Shown: positions 48,684 through 59,390 of the stretch, one piece after another
How the letters are laid out: the number at the start of each line of letters is the position of its first letter
Position numbering within the stretch: the stretch's first letter is position 1
NCBI GenBank assembly: GCA_017578085.2
Contig: PKQR02000003.1
Coordinates: 1 to 61,617 of the forward strand
Direction of reading: 5' to 3'
Source: Bacillota bacterium
GTDB taxonomy: Bacteria > Bacillota > Limnochordia > Limnochordales > ZCTH02-B6
DNA: 61,617 nt
Translations under genes and position numbers: made by a program
Notes under the pieces: generated by a model
What the model was told of the DNA's origin: nothing
The model's input: the letters and a program-made list of their open reading frames with translations, nothing else
The model's database searches: none

Positions 48684-49550
48684 GTGCGCAACCTGGTGGT
48701 TTTGGCCTTGGTCGGCTTCCTCGCCCAGCTCATTGACGGCGCGCTGGGCATGGGTTACGGGGTGACATCCTCGTCGATGCTCTTGGCCTTAGGCGTCGCC
48801 CCAGCGATGGCCTCGGCCTCGGTGCACGCGGGCGAGGTGGTGACGACCCTGGTCTCCGGCATCGCCCACTGGCGTTTCGGCAACGTGGACCGGCGAATGG
48901 TGTGGCGCTTGGGGGTGCCCGGCGCGGTGGGAGCGTTCCTGGGGGCACTGCTCTTGGCGTCGTTGCCCGTCCAGGCGGCGCGTGTTGGGGTGTCGGGCTT
49001 TCTCTTGCTCCTGGGAGTCGTCGTGCTGGTGCGCTTCCTGAGGGCGGGACGCACGGTGGCGTTGCGCAGCCGGCCGCTGCCCCAAGGGTGGCTGGCGCCG
49101 CTTGGCTTTGTGGCAGGGCTCTTGGACGCGACGGGCGGCGGTGGCTGGGGGCCCGTCACCACGACGACCCTGATTGCCCGTGAGCCTGCCCGCGCGCGGC
49201 GGGTAATCGGCTCGGTGGACGCCAGCGAATTCCTTGTAGCCGCGTCGGCCACGGCCGGCTTTGTATTTGCTCTCGGGTGGGAAGGGATCAGCTGGCTGTG
49301 GGTTGGCGCCATCGTCCTCGGCGGTACGGTGGCGGCGCCGCTGGCGGCGTGGCTGGTGCAACGGCTGCCTTTGGAGATTCTGGGCGTCACGGTAGGGGCG
49401 ATGATCATCCTTTACAACGTCCGGACTGTACTGGTGGCGCTCGGGGTGCCCGTGCCGCCGAGCGTGGTGCTGCTGGTGTTCCTGGTTCCGGCTTTGGCGG
49501 CTCTAGCCATGGGCCGCATGCGGCCGGCCCAGGAGGCGGACCCGGTCTGA
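48684..49550 (+). CDS. Sulfite exporter TauE/SafE family (YtnM-like)
   Basis: AQLIDGALGMGYGVTS, HWRFGNVD and DATGGGGWGPV motifs. Confidence 0.9.
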   Translation: MRNLVVLALVGFLAQLIDGALGMGYGVTSSSMLLALGVAPAMASASVHAGEVVTTLVSGIAHWRFGNVDRRMVWRLGVPGAVGAFLGALLLASLPVQAARVGVSGFLLLLGVVVLVRFLRAGRTVALRSRPLPQGWLAPLGFVAGLLDATGGGGWGPVTTTTLIAREPARARRVIGSVDASEFLVAASATAGFVFALGWEGISWLWVGAIVLGGTVAAPLAAWLVQRLPLEILGVTVGAMIILYNVRTVLVALGVPVPPSVVLLVFLVPALAALAMGRMRPAQEADPV

Positions 49551-49555
49551 CGCCA

Positions 49556-49587
49556 AAGCCCCCCGGCCGACAAGGGCCGGGGGGCTT
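49556..49587. terminator. 13-bp hairpin after the TauE gene
   Basis: aagccccccggcc-N6-ggccggggggctt. Confidence 0.65.
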
Positions 49588-49838
49588 GACGTATATGTGC
49601 CGCTTTCTGGCGGCGCGGAAGCCCGCTGGGCCATGGCCAAGGGCCCCCAGGCGATAGCAGTGCGGTGACCAGCGGGAGAAGCGGTTTCCGGGCGCGTTTA
49701 AGGTTCGCAATTTACCCTCCTTGTGACGATATATCGCAAAAGGACATACCGCACGCAGGAGAAAGAGCATCTTAAGGCGCAATTATTGCGATGATTGCGT
49801 CGTAAAAACCGGGACGAGCGAAAGGAGCGGACAGGCGC

Positions 49839-51839
49839 GTGCGGGAAGGCGAGTTGTTGTGGCAGCCGTCTCCTGAAAGGCAAGCCCGCTCCACCATGCG
49901 CCGCTACATGGGCTGGCTCAAGGAGCGGTACGGGCTCGAGTTTCACGACTACAACGCGCTTTGGCACTGGTCCGTCACTGACCTGGACGCGTTTTGGGCC
50001 TCCGTGTGGGAGTTTTGCGGCGTTCAGGCAAGCAAGCCGTACTCTCAGGTCCTAGCGGAGGAGCGCATGCCCGGCGCCCGCTGGTTTGTGGGGGCGGAGT
50101 TGAACTACGCTGCCCACGTCTTCCGCAGCCGGCCGCAGGATCAGGCGGCGATCCTGTATCAGCAAGAAGGCGGTCCTCTGAGGTCCATGACCTGGGGGGA
50201 GCTCACCGCGCAAACTGGGGCGGTTGCTGACGCCTTGCGGGAGCTAGGGGTCGGGCCGGGGGATCGGGTCGTGGGCTACATCCCCAACATTCCCGCCGCG
50301 GTGGTCGCGTTCCTCGCCTGTGCGAGCATCGGGGCGGTTTGGTCCAGCTGCTCGCCCGATTTTGGCCCCCAGAGTGTCGTGGAGCGGTTTCGCCAGATCG
50401 CACCGAAGGTGCTGATCGCGGCCGACGGCTATCGGTACGGTGGCAAGCCCTTCGACCGCATGCCTGTCATCAGGCAGCTAAAGGCGCGCCTTGAGAGCGT
50501 GGAGCACGTGGTGCTGGTGCCGTATCTCAACGAGCGCCCGGACACGGCGGGGCTTGCGGGCGTCGTCTTCTGGGACGAACTCCTGCGGCGCAGGGCCGAG
50601 CCCGCGCCGATCCCGGTTCCCTTTGACCATCCGCTGTGGGTGCTGTACTCCTCAGGCACCACGGGCCCGCCGAAAGCCATCGTCCATGGCCATGGCGGCA
50701 TCGTGCTGGAGCACCTCAAGATGCTCATGCTGCATATGGACCTGCGGGCGGGCGATCGCTTCTTCTGGTTCACGACTACGGGCTGGATGATGTGGAACTT
50801 CCTGGTCAGCGGTCTGCTCCTGGGGATCACCATCGTCTTGTACGACGGGAACCCTGGGTACCCGAGCATGGAAGCGCTCTGGCAGCTGGCCGAGGCGACG
50901 CGCATGACGTGCTTCGGCACCAGCGCCGCCTATATCGCCGCGTGCATGAAGGCGGGCATCGAACCGCGGCGCAGCTTCTCCCTGGAGGCGCTGACGCAGG
51001 TCGGTTCGACCGGCTCACCCCTGCCGCCGGAGGGCTTTGCTTGGGTGTACCGGAACGTCAAGGAGGACCTGCACCTAGCCAGCATCAGCGGCGGCACGGA
51101 CGTATGCACCGCTTTTGTCGGCGGCGTACCTCTCTTGCCCGTGCGGGCCGGGGAGATCCAATGCCGGGCGCTGGGAGCCAAGGTGGAGGCGTACGACGAG
51201 CATGGCCGGCCCGTCGTTGACCAAGTGGGCGAATTGGTCCTCACAAGGCCCATGCCGTCCATGCCGCTCTTTTTCTGGAATGACCCGGACGGCCGGCGCT
51301 ACCTCGAGAGCTACTTCGCCACGTACCCGGGCGTCTGGCGCCACGGCGACTGGGTTAAGATTACGCCGCGGGGCAGCTGCGTCATCTATGGCCGTTCCGA
51401 CGCGACCATCAACCGGGGCGGCGTGCGCATGGGCACCAGCGAAATCTATCAAGCCGTCGAGAGCTTGCCCGAGATCGCGGACAGCCTGGTCGTCGACATG
51501 GAAGGGCTCGGCGGGCGGTCGTTTATGGCGTTGTTTGTCGTGCTGCGGGAGGGCTGCGTCCTCGATGAGGCCTTGGAAGGGCGCATCCGCCAGCGGCTGA
51601 GGGAAGACGTCTCGCCGCGCCATGTGCCCGATGCGATCTTTCCTGTTCCCGAGATCCCGCGCACGCTGAACGGGAAGAAACTGGAGGTGCCCGTGCGCAA
51701 GATCTTGCTGGGGACGCCGCCGGAGCAAGCGGTCAATCCCGGCTCCATGGCCAATCCGGAGTCGTTGGCGCCTTTCGTCCAGTTGGCCCGGCAGCTGGCC
51801 GGGGCCGGACCAGACGCGCCTGGCGCCGCGGCCGTATAG
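49839..51839 (+). CDS. Acetoacetate--CoA ligase
   Basis: YSSGTTGPPKAIVHGHGG, GWMMWN, SISGGTD, GRSDATINRGGVRMGTSE and GKKLE motifs. Confidence 0.93.
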   Translation: MREGELLWQPSPERQARSTMRRYMGWLKERYGLEFHDYNALWHWSVTDLDAFWASVWEFCGVQASKPYSQVLAEERMPGARWFVGAELNYAAHVFRSRPQDQAAILYQQEGGPLRSMTWGELTAQTGAVADALRELGVGPGDRVVGYIPNIPAAVVAFLACASIGAVWSSCSPDFGPQSVVERFRQIAPKVLIAADGYRYGGKPFDRMPVIRQLKARLESVEHVVLVPYLNERPDTAGLAGVVFWDELLRRRAEPAPIPVPFDHPLWVLYSSGTTGPPKAIVHGHGGIVLEHLKMLMLHMDLRAGDRFFWFTTTGWMMWNFLVSGLLLGITIVLYDGNPGYPSMEALWQLAEATRMTCFGTSAAYIAACMKAGIEPRRSFSLEALTQVGSTGSPLPPEGFAWVYRNVKEDLHLASISGGTDVCTAFVGGVPLLPVRAGEIQCRALGAKVEAYDEHGRPVVDQVGELVLTRPMPSMPLFFWNDPDGRRYLESYFATYPGVWRHGDWVKITPRGSCVIYGRSDATINRGGVRMGTSEIYQAVESLPEIADSLVVDMEGLGGRSFMALFVVLREGCVLDEALEGRIRQRLREDVSPRHVPDAIFPVPEIPRTLNGKKLEVPVRKILLGTPPEQAVNPGSMANPESLAPFVQLARQLAGAGPDAPGAAAV

Positions 51840-52051
51840 GGTGCGGGCGCGTTCGTCACACTACGGGCGAAGGCTTCGCGCCAGGCGCAGCCGCCGGCAG
51901 GGAACCAGGGAAGGCGCCCGGGGCCGGCACGGTACAGAGCGCCTCGCGGAGCCTTTCCTCGTTGCTTCGCTGCTGCGGCTCCGTTGGCGCCTTGGGGGCG
52001 TCGCGGTACGGCCGCTGGCCCTAACCGTTCCGCTCCCGGATGGGCTGCCCG

Positions 52052-52078
52052 GCAGGAGCGGGGGCCGCGGCTGCGAAT
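52052..52078 (+). promoter_or_regulatory. Sigma-H-type promoter, possibly giving a leaderless mRNA
   Basis: GCAGGAG-N16-GAAT; ATG follows 9 nt later with no SD. Confidence 0.45.
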
Positions 52079-52087
52079 TGCTGGTTT

Positions 52088-53512
52088 ATGGCAAAGTGGT
52101 CTGTTCCGGCGCTGGTATCCCCGTTGGGAGCGCTGGTTGTCGCCTGGGCCGTCGTCTGTGGCGCGGCGTCGGCCAACGCGCTCGTCCATGAGCAAGACCT
52201 TCCCTTCGGCCCAGCCGCTGCGGCCGCACTGGTGGACTTGACCGGGGACGGACAGCCTGAGCTGGTGCTGGCTGGGGAAGAGGGCATCGCTGTCTTCGCG
52301 TTGCCCGGCCCGGCCGACGGCACCACGTGGCAGTTGGCCTCCCTCTTGCCGCCGTTGCCCGCCCCGGTCACCGCGGTGGCAGGAGGGGACGTGACCAGCG
52401 ACGGCGTCCCCGAGTTGGCCGTGGGAACCGGCAACGCAGGCTCCATCTATGTATTTACCTGGACCGGCCGGCGGTGGACCCTGCTAGGCCAGACACCCTA
52501 TCTCTGGTCGCCGGTGCGGTCCCTAGAGGTAGGCGACCTGGACGGCGACGGCCGCAACGAGCTAGTTGCCGTCACCGGCGCCGGGGAGCTCCTGGTCTTT
52601 GGCTGGCGGGAACGCAACTGGCACACCCTGTTTCGCTCGCCGGCCGCGTGGTCGCCGGTGCTCCACGCCCGGGTGGCCGATGTGACCGGCGAAGGGCGCC
52701 CGCAGCTGGTCCTCGCCGACCAGTCGGGCGCAGTAGCCGTCTGGCGCTGGCCGCTGGTAGAGCCGCTGGCCCAGGGATTTGTGTGGGGCACACCCGTGTC
52801 GATGGCCGTTGTGGATTTGGACGGCACCGGTTCGCCTCAGGTAATCGTGACCACGAGCGAGCGGCTTCTTTACCGGTTTGTCTGGCAGAAGCAGGGTCTC
52901 ACCCTGGCTGGGGCCCCTGTCTACGACAACCGCCTGCCTCTCGAGTCTATGCACGCCCTGCGCTGGGCCGGGGAAACGCGGGTCAGCATCGCGGCGCGGC
53001 ATGCCGGCGGACTGGGCTTGTGGCGCATCTCGCCGTCGGGGCTGGAGCTGGTGGCCGCAGGCGCTGCCAACCCCGTGTGGGTGTTGCCCTTGCCCGGCGG
53101 GCGGCGGCTGCTGGTGGGCGAGCCGGCGCATCCCGTCAGCACCTGGGTGCGCGTGCCGGCCGATTATCTTGCGTTAAGGGTCAATGGGAACGTTTGGACC
53201 TTGCAGGACCCGCCCTTGTTCCAAGGCGACCAGGTGCTGGTTTCGATGCGGGACTGGGCCTCAATCCTTAGACTTGGGCTCTATTGGGATGCAGCCAGCC
53301 AACGTCTCACCGCGGTGGGCGGGAACCGCTTCGCCGTTCTGACGATGGGGGACCCGGTCGGGTGGTTCTCGGATGGAATCCGCCTGCTGCCCGCCGCCCC
53401 GGTACTGCGATCGGGCCGCATTTATGCGCCGGCCGCGTTCGCCCAAGGCTTTGGCGCCAGCGTGTACTGGGACGCGCGCCGGCGGGAGCTCGCGCTCGAA
53501 GTAAGCCCTTAA
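52088..53512 (+). CDS. Secreted FG-GAP/VCBS-repeat protein with C-terminal copper-amine-oxidase-N-like domain
   Basis: Signal peptide; repeats DLTGDGQPEL, GDVTSDGVPEL, GDLDGDGRNEL, ADVTGEGRPQL and DLDGTGSPQV; C-terminal GRIYAP...FGASVYWD. Confidence 0.82.
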   Translation: MAKWSVPALVSPLGALVVAWAVVCGAASANALVHEQDLPFGPAAAAALVDLTGDGQPELVLAGEEGIAVFALPGPADGTTWQLASLLPPLPAPVTAVAGGDVTSDGVPELAVGTGNAGSIYVFTWTGRRWTLLGQTPYLWSPVRSLEVGDLDGDGRNELVAVTGAGELLVFGWRERNWHTLFRSPAAWSPVLHARVADVTGEGRPQLVLADQSGAVAVWRWPLVEPLAQGFVWGTPVSMAVVDLDGTGSPQVIVTTSERLLYRFVWQKQGLTLAGAPVYDNRLPLESMHALRWAGETRVSIAARHAGGLGLWRISPSGLELVAAGAANPVWVLPLPGGRRLLVGEPAHPVSTWVRVPADYLALRVNGNVWTLQDPPLFQGDQVLVSMRDWASILRLGLYWDAASQRLTAVGGNRFAVLTMGDPVGWFSDGIRLLPAAPVLRSGRIYAPAAFAQGFGASVYWDARRRELALEVSP

Positions 53513-53543
53513 GGCGCTGGCCCGCAGGAAGGAGTTGTCGCGC

Positions 53544-54275
53544 GTGAACGGCCAACAGCTGTCGCTGCCCTTCGCCGCTCCGTCGTCTCTGGATCCCGAG
53601 CCCCAAACCGGCGCAGCAGTGCCGGCCGTCTCAGGTGCGCTGTCCGCGCCGGCCGCGCCGCCCGCGCTCACGCTGCCGCCGGTCGTAGACGACCCGCTGC
53701 CATCTGTCGGAACCCTTGAAGAACTGGCCCGCATCGCGCGTGCCTGCAGCCGCTGCCGCCTGCGGGCTGGCTGCAGGCAGGTCGTGTTCGGTGAGGGAAA
53801 CCCAAAGGCCCGCCTCATGTTCGTGGGGGAAGGCCCTGGGGAGCAGGAGGACATTCAGGGCCGCCCGTTTGTAGGCCGGGCTGGGCAACTGCTGGACCGG
53901 ATGATCGCCGCCATGGGGCTGCAGCGGGCCGACGTGTACATCGCCAACGTGGTCAAGTGCCGCCCGCCGCAAAACCGCGCGCCCGAACCCGACGAGGCGG
54001 ACGCGTGCTGGCCGTTTTTGCGGCGGCAGATCGAACTGATCAATCCCCGGATTATCGTGTGCTTGGGAGCGGTGGCCGCCAGGCGGCTCTTGGGCCCAAG
54101 CGCGAGCGTCACCAAGAGCCGCGGCCGGTTTTTTGAGGTGGACGGGCGGCTGGTGGCGGTCACCTTCCACCCGGCCGCCCTCCTGCGGTTTCCCGCCAAC
54201 AAAAAGCTGGCCTGGGAAGACTTGAAAATGGTGATGCGCGCCCTGGAGGAGCTGCCGGCGGGCCGGAGCGCGTGA
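53544..54275 (+). CDS. Uracil-DNA glycosylase, family 4 (Fe-S)
   Basis: CSRCRL, VGEGPG, KCRPPQNR and HPAALL motifs; GTG 9 nt after SD AAGGAG. Confidence 0.94.
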   Translation: MNGQQLSLPFAAPSSLDPEPQTGAAVPAVSGALSAPAAPPALTLPPVVDDPLPSVGTLEELARIARACSRCRLRAGCRQVVFGEGNPKARLMFVGEGPGEQEDIQGRPFVGRAGQLLDRMIAAMGLQRADVYIANVVKCRPPQNRAPEPDEADACWPFLRRQIELINPRIIVCLGAVAARRLLGPSASVTKSRGRFFEVDGRLVAVTFHPAALLRFPANKKLAWEDLKMVMRALEELPAGRSA

Positions 54276-54290
54276 GGCCGGCTGCGCAAG

Positions 54291-54321
54291 GCAGGGAAGG
54301 GACCCCCGTTTACAGAAGTAG
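54291..54321 (+). promoter_or_regulatory. Sigma-H-like promoter upstream of EF-G2
   Basis: GCAGGGA-N17-GAAGTAG. Confidence 0.45.
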
Positions 54322-54384
54322 CATTATTCAGTACAAGCAAACAGTAGGCGTCTTTCGGTCGCCGCTGCAAGGAGGGGGTCACCG

Positions 54385-56463
54385 TTGAAGCGCTATCAGG
54401 CGCCACAGATCCGTAACGTCGTCCTGACCGGCCACGGCGGGGTGGGCAAGACCCAGCTGGCCGAGGCCATGCTGTATGTCAGCGGGGCCCTGAGCCGCAT
54501 GGGCAAGGTGGACGACGGCAACACGGTAAGCGACTGGGACCCGGAGGAAATCAAGCGGCGCATCAGCATCGGCACGTCGTTAATACCTTGTGAGTGGCAG
54601 GACCACAAGGTGAACGTGCTGGACACGCCGGGGTACTTCGACTTTGTCGGCGAGGTCCAGGGCGCCCTCCACGCAGCCGACGCCATGTTGTGCGTCGTGT
54701 GTGCGGCCAGCGGCGTCCAGGTGGGAACGGAAAAGGTATGGGAAATGGCGAGTACGCACGGGCTGCCCCGTGCGTTTTTTGTCAACCGGATGGACCGGGA
54801 AAACGCGAACTTTGAGCGGACCGTCAGCCAGCTGCGGGAAATGTTCGGCAACAACGTGGTTCCCCTGCAGGTGCCCATCGGCCAGGCGGACAGCTTCCGC
54901 GGGTTCGTCGACCTGGTCTCCTTGCAGGCCTATACCCGCTCGGGTGACAAGCTGGCCGCCGGCCCGGTGCCCGAAGATGTGCGGGGCCAGGTGGAAGCCA
55001 TGCGGGACTGGCTGATGGAGGCCGTCGCCGCCACCGATGACGAGCTCACCCTCAAGTACCTGGAAAACGAAGAGATCACCGCGCAGGAGATCCGCACGGC
55101 GCTGGCCGGCGCGGTGCGCACCGGCCAGGTGGTACCCGTCTGGCTTGGGTCGTCGCTGATTCCTATCGGCGTCGAGGCGCTCCTGGACGGCATCGTACAG
55201 CTGTTTCCGTCGGCCGCCGACGCACCCGCCCGTAAGGCCACTGACCCGCGCAACGGCGAGGAAGTGGCCTGCACGGCCGACCCCGGAGGCCCCTTGGCGG
55301 CGCTGGTGTTCAAGACCATCTCCGACCCGTACGTCGGGCGCCTCACCTTGTTCCGGGTCTTCTCCGGCACCTTCCGATCCGACGGCAACGCCTACAACGT
55401 CAACAAAGAGAAGGAGGAGCGCGTCGGGCAGCTCTTTGTGCTGCGGGGCAAGGAGCAGATCCCCGTGACGGAGATCAGCGCGGGCGACATCGGCGCCGTC
55501 TCCAAGCTGCAGGTCACCACCACCGGCGACACCTTGAGCCGCAAAGACCGGCCCGTGAAGCTGCCCGGGATCGAGTTTGAGAAGCCCAACCTGACGCTGG
55601 CCTTGGTGCCCAAGTCCAAAGGCGACGAGGAAAAGATCGGCGTCGCCTTGGCGCGGCTTTTGGAAGAAGACCCGACGTTCACGGCCGAAAAGAACAGCGA
55701 AACCGGGCAGCTCTTGGTCTCAGGGCTTGGCGACGTGCACCTGGAGGTCATCACCTCACGGCTCCAGAAAAAGTTCGGCGTCGAAGTGGAACTGGTGCCG
55801 CCGCGGGTGCCGTATCGGGAAACCATCCGCGGCACCGTCAAGGTCGAGGGAAAGCACAAGAAGCAGACCGGCGGGCGCGGCCAGTACGGGCACGTGTGGC
55901 TGGAGCTGTCGCCGCTGCCGCCCGGCGGCGGGTTTGAGTTCGAGGACAAAATCTTCGGCGGCGCCGTTCCCAAGCAGTACATCCCGGCCGTAGAGAAGGG
56001 CGCCCGGGAGACGATGGAAGAAGGCGTGCTGGCCGGCTATCCTGTGGTCGACGTCAAGGTGACGCTCTTCGACGGGTCGTACCACAGCGTCGACTCCTCG
56101 GAAATGGCCTTCAAGATCGCCACCTCCATAGCGTTTAAGAAGGGCTTCATGGAAGCGCAGCCCGTGCTGCTGGAACCCATCATGCTCCTGGAAGTGGTCG
56201 TGCCCGAACGGTACATGGGCGATGTCATCGGCGACCTTAACAAGAAGCGCGGCCGCATCCTCGGCATGGATCCCGACAACGGCAACCAGGTCATTCGTGC
56301 CCATGTGCCGCTGGCGGAGCTGACCCGCTACGCCGTGGATCTGCGCTCCATTACCCAAGGCCGCGGCCGGTTCCGGATGCAGATGGACCACTACGAAGAA
56401 GTGCCCGAGCACATCGCCCAGGTCATCATCGCCGCAGCCAACGCCGCCCGCGCTTCGTCTTAG
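54385..56463 (+). CDS. fusA: Elongation factor G paralogue (EF-G2/EF-G II)
   Basis: Full-length EF-G with divergent G motifs GHGGVGKT, RRISI, DTPGY and NRMD; KQTGGRGQYG; outside the str operon. Confidence 0.92.
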   Translation: MKRYQAPQIRNVVLTGHGGVGKTQLAEAMLYVSGALSRMGKVDDGNTVSDWDPEEIKRRISIGTSLIPCEWQDHKVNVLDTPGYFDFVGEVQGALHAADAMLCVVCAASGVQVGTEKVWEMASTHGLPRAFFVNRMDRENANFERTVSQLREMFGNNVVPLQVPIGQADSFRGFVDLVSLQAYTRSGDKLAAGPVPEDVRGQVEAMRDWLMEAVAATDDELTLKYLENEEITAQEIRTALAGAVRTGQVVPVWLGSSLIPIGVEALLDGIVQLFPSAADAPARKATDPRNGEEVACTADPGGPLAALVFKTISDPYVGRLTLFRVFSGTFRSDGNAYNVNKEKEERVGQLFVLRGKEQIPVTEISAGDIGAVSKLQVTTTGDTLSRKDRPVKLPGIEFEKPNLTLALVPKSKGDEEKIGVALARLLEEDPTFTAEKNSETGQLLVSGLGDVHLEVITSRLQKKFGVEVELVPPRVPYRETIRGTVKVEGKHKKQTGGRGQYGHVWLELSPLPPGGGFEFEDKIFGGAVPKQYIPAVEKGARETMEEGVLAGYPVVDVKVTLFDGSYHSVDSSEMAFKIATSIAFKKGFMEAQPVLLEPIMLLEVVVPERYMGDVIGDLNKKRGRILGMDPDNGNQVIRAHVPLAELTRYAVDLRSITQGRGRFRMQMDHYEEVPEHIAQVIIAAANAARASS

Positions 56464-56502
56464 CGCAGTGCGGTCGGCGTCGCAGCCCCGCTGCCTCGCA
56501 GC

Positions 56503-56531
56503 GCATAGGCAACCACGGGCCGGCATAAGGT
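56503..56531 (+). promoter_or_regulatory. Sigma-E-like promoter
   Basis: gcATA-N16-CATAAGGT. Confidence 0.35.
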
Positions 56532-56592
56532 GCGGTAGGCGGCCGGGCGCGCTCCATGCGCCCGGCTGGGTCCACAAGGGAGGGGGGCCGGG

Positions 56593-56997
56593 GTGCCGAG
56601 CCTTTTGCGCAGCGCAGACGGCGGGAACGGCAGGTTCCCTTTGGGCGTCGGATCTATCCTGCACGGTCTAGGGGTGACCTTTCTCGCCTCCCTGGCGTTC
56701 GCGGTGTCGGTAGGGCTTGCGGTCGCCTTGACGCCGGCATGGGACGCGCCCGACGCCTTGCTCAAGGGCCTGAACCTGCTGGCGGTCGGGGCCGGCGGGT
56801 TTGCCGCGGGGCGCAGAGCCCACCGGCTCGGATGGCTCCACGGTGGCCTGGTCGGCGTGGCATACCTGCTCTTGGTCTCGTGGATGCTGTCCCCGGGGGA
56901 GGGGATAGGGGCGCTTGCCACCGCCGCGGGGCTCAAGACGGCGGCGTACGGGTTCATGGCCGGGGCGCTCGGCGGCGTGCTGGGGGTGGCGGCCTAG
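56593..56997 (+). CDS. TIGR04086-like 4-TM membrane protein
   Basis: GGFAAGRR...GWLHGGLVG.AY and GALGGVLGV motifs. Confidence 0.75.
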   Translation: MPSLLRSADGGNGRFPLGVGSILHGLGVTFLASLAFAVSVGLAVALTPAWDAPDALLKGLNLLAVGAGGFAAGRRAHRLGWLHGGLVGVAYLLLVSWMLSPGEGIGALATAAGLKTAAYGFMAGALGGVLGVAA

Positions 56998-57036
56998 CCG
57001 GCCTCCCTGCGCGACGCTGCACGAATGGGGCAAGGG

Positions 57037-57076
57037 AAAAAACCGGCCCGACCCGCGGGTGCGCGGGTCGGGCCGG
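57037..57076 (-). terminator. Intrinsic terminator of the minus-strand metY/CDGSH unit
   Basis: 15-bp stem ccggcccgacccgcg/cgcgggtcgggccgg with T6 on the minus strand. Confidence 0.85.
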
Positions 57077-57087
57077 CCGCTTCTTGG

Positions 57088-57285
57088 CTACCGGGCGCGC
57101 GGGGCGCTTTCAAAGCCTTGCTTGTGGGAGCCGTCGCAGAACGGCTTGTTCTTGGACATGCCGCAGCGGCAAAGGAAGAACTGCTCCTTGGTCTCAAAGC
57201 GGTTGCCCTCGGCGTCTTCGAGGACGACGGGACCAGTGACCCGCAGGGGACCGTTATCCCGCACGGTGATGACCGCCTCCGACAT
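57088..57285 (-). CDS. CDGSH iron-sulfur domain protein
   Basis: NGPL...LCRCGMSKNKPFCDGSH; SD AAGGAGGTGA. Confidence 0.93.
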   Translation of the reverse strand: MSEAVITVRDNGPLRVTGPVVLEDAEGNRFETKEQFFLCRCGMSKNKPFCDGSHKQGFESAPRAR

Positions 57286-57308
57286 CCGTTTCACCTCCTT
57301 GTCCCGAC

Positions 57309-59141
<1,833 letters not shown>

Positions 59142-59195
59142 TTAAGCCGATGGGGCTATTGTTCGGCAAAAACGCCCTGGAACCTGTCCCGGGCG

Positions 59196-59390
59196 CTACC
59201 GCAGCCGGACGAACATCACGAGGCCCAGGAGCCCGGCCGCAAGCCCCCCCAGGGAGCAGGCGTAGGACAGGAAGGCCAGGAGGTAGCTCAACGGCAGGAT
59301 GCGCATGGTCATTAGGACGATCGCGAACCACCCGGCGACCACTAGCACCCCGCCGATGAGGATGAGCCTAAGCGCTCTGCGGTTGGACAT
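59196..59390 (-). CDS. Small 2-TM membrane protein
   Basis: 64 aa, two hydrophobic helices; overlaps the end of the ABC ATPase gene. Confidence 0.65.
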   Translation of the reverse strand: MSNRRALRLILIGGVLVVAGWFAIVLMTMRILPLSYLLAFLSYACSLGGLAAGLLGLVMFVRLR

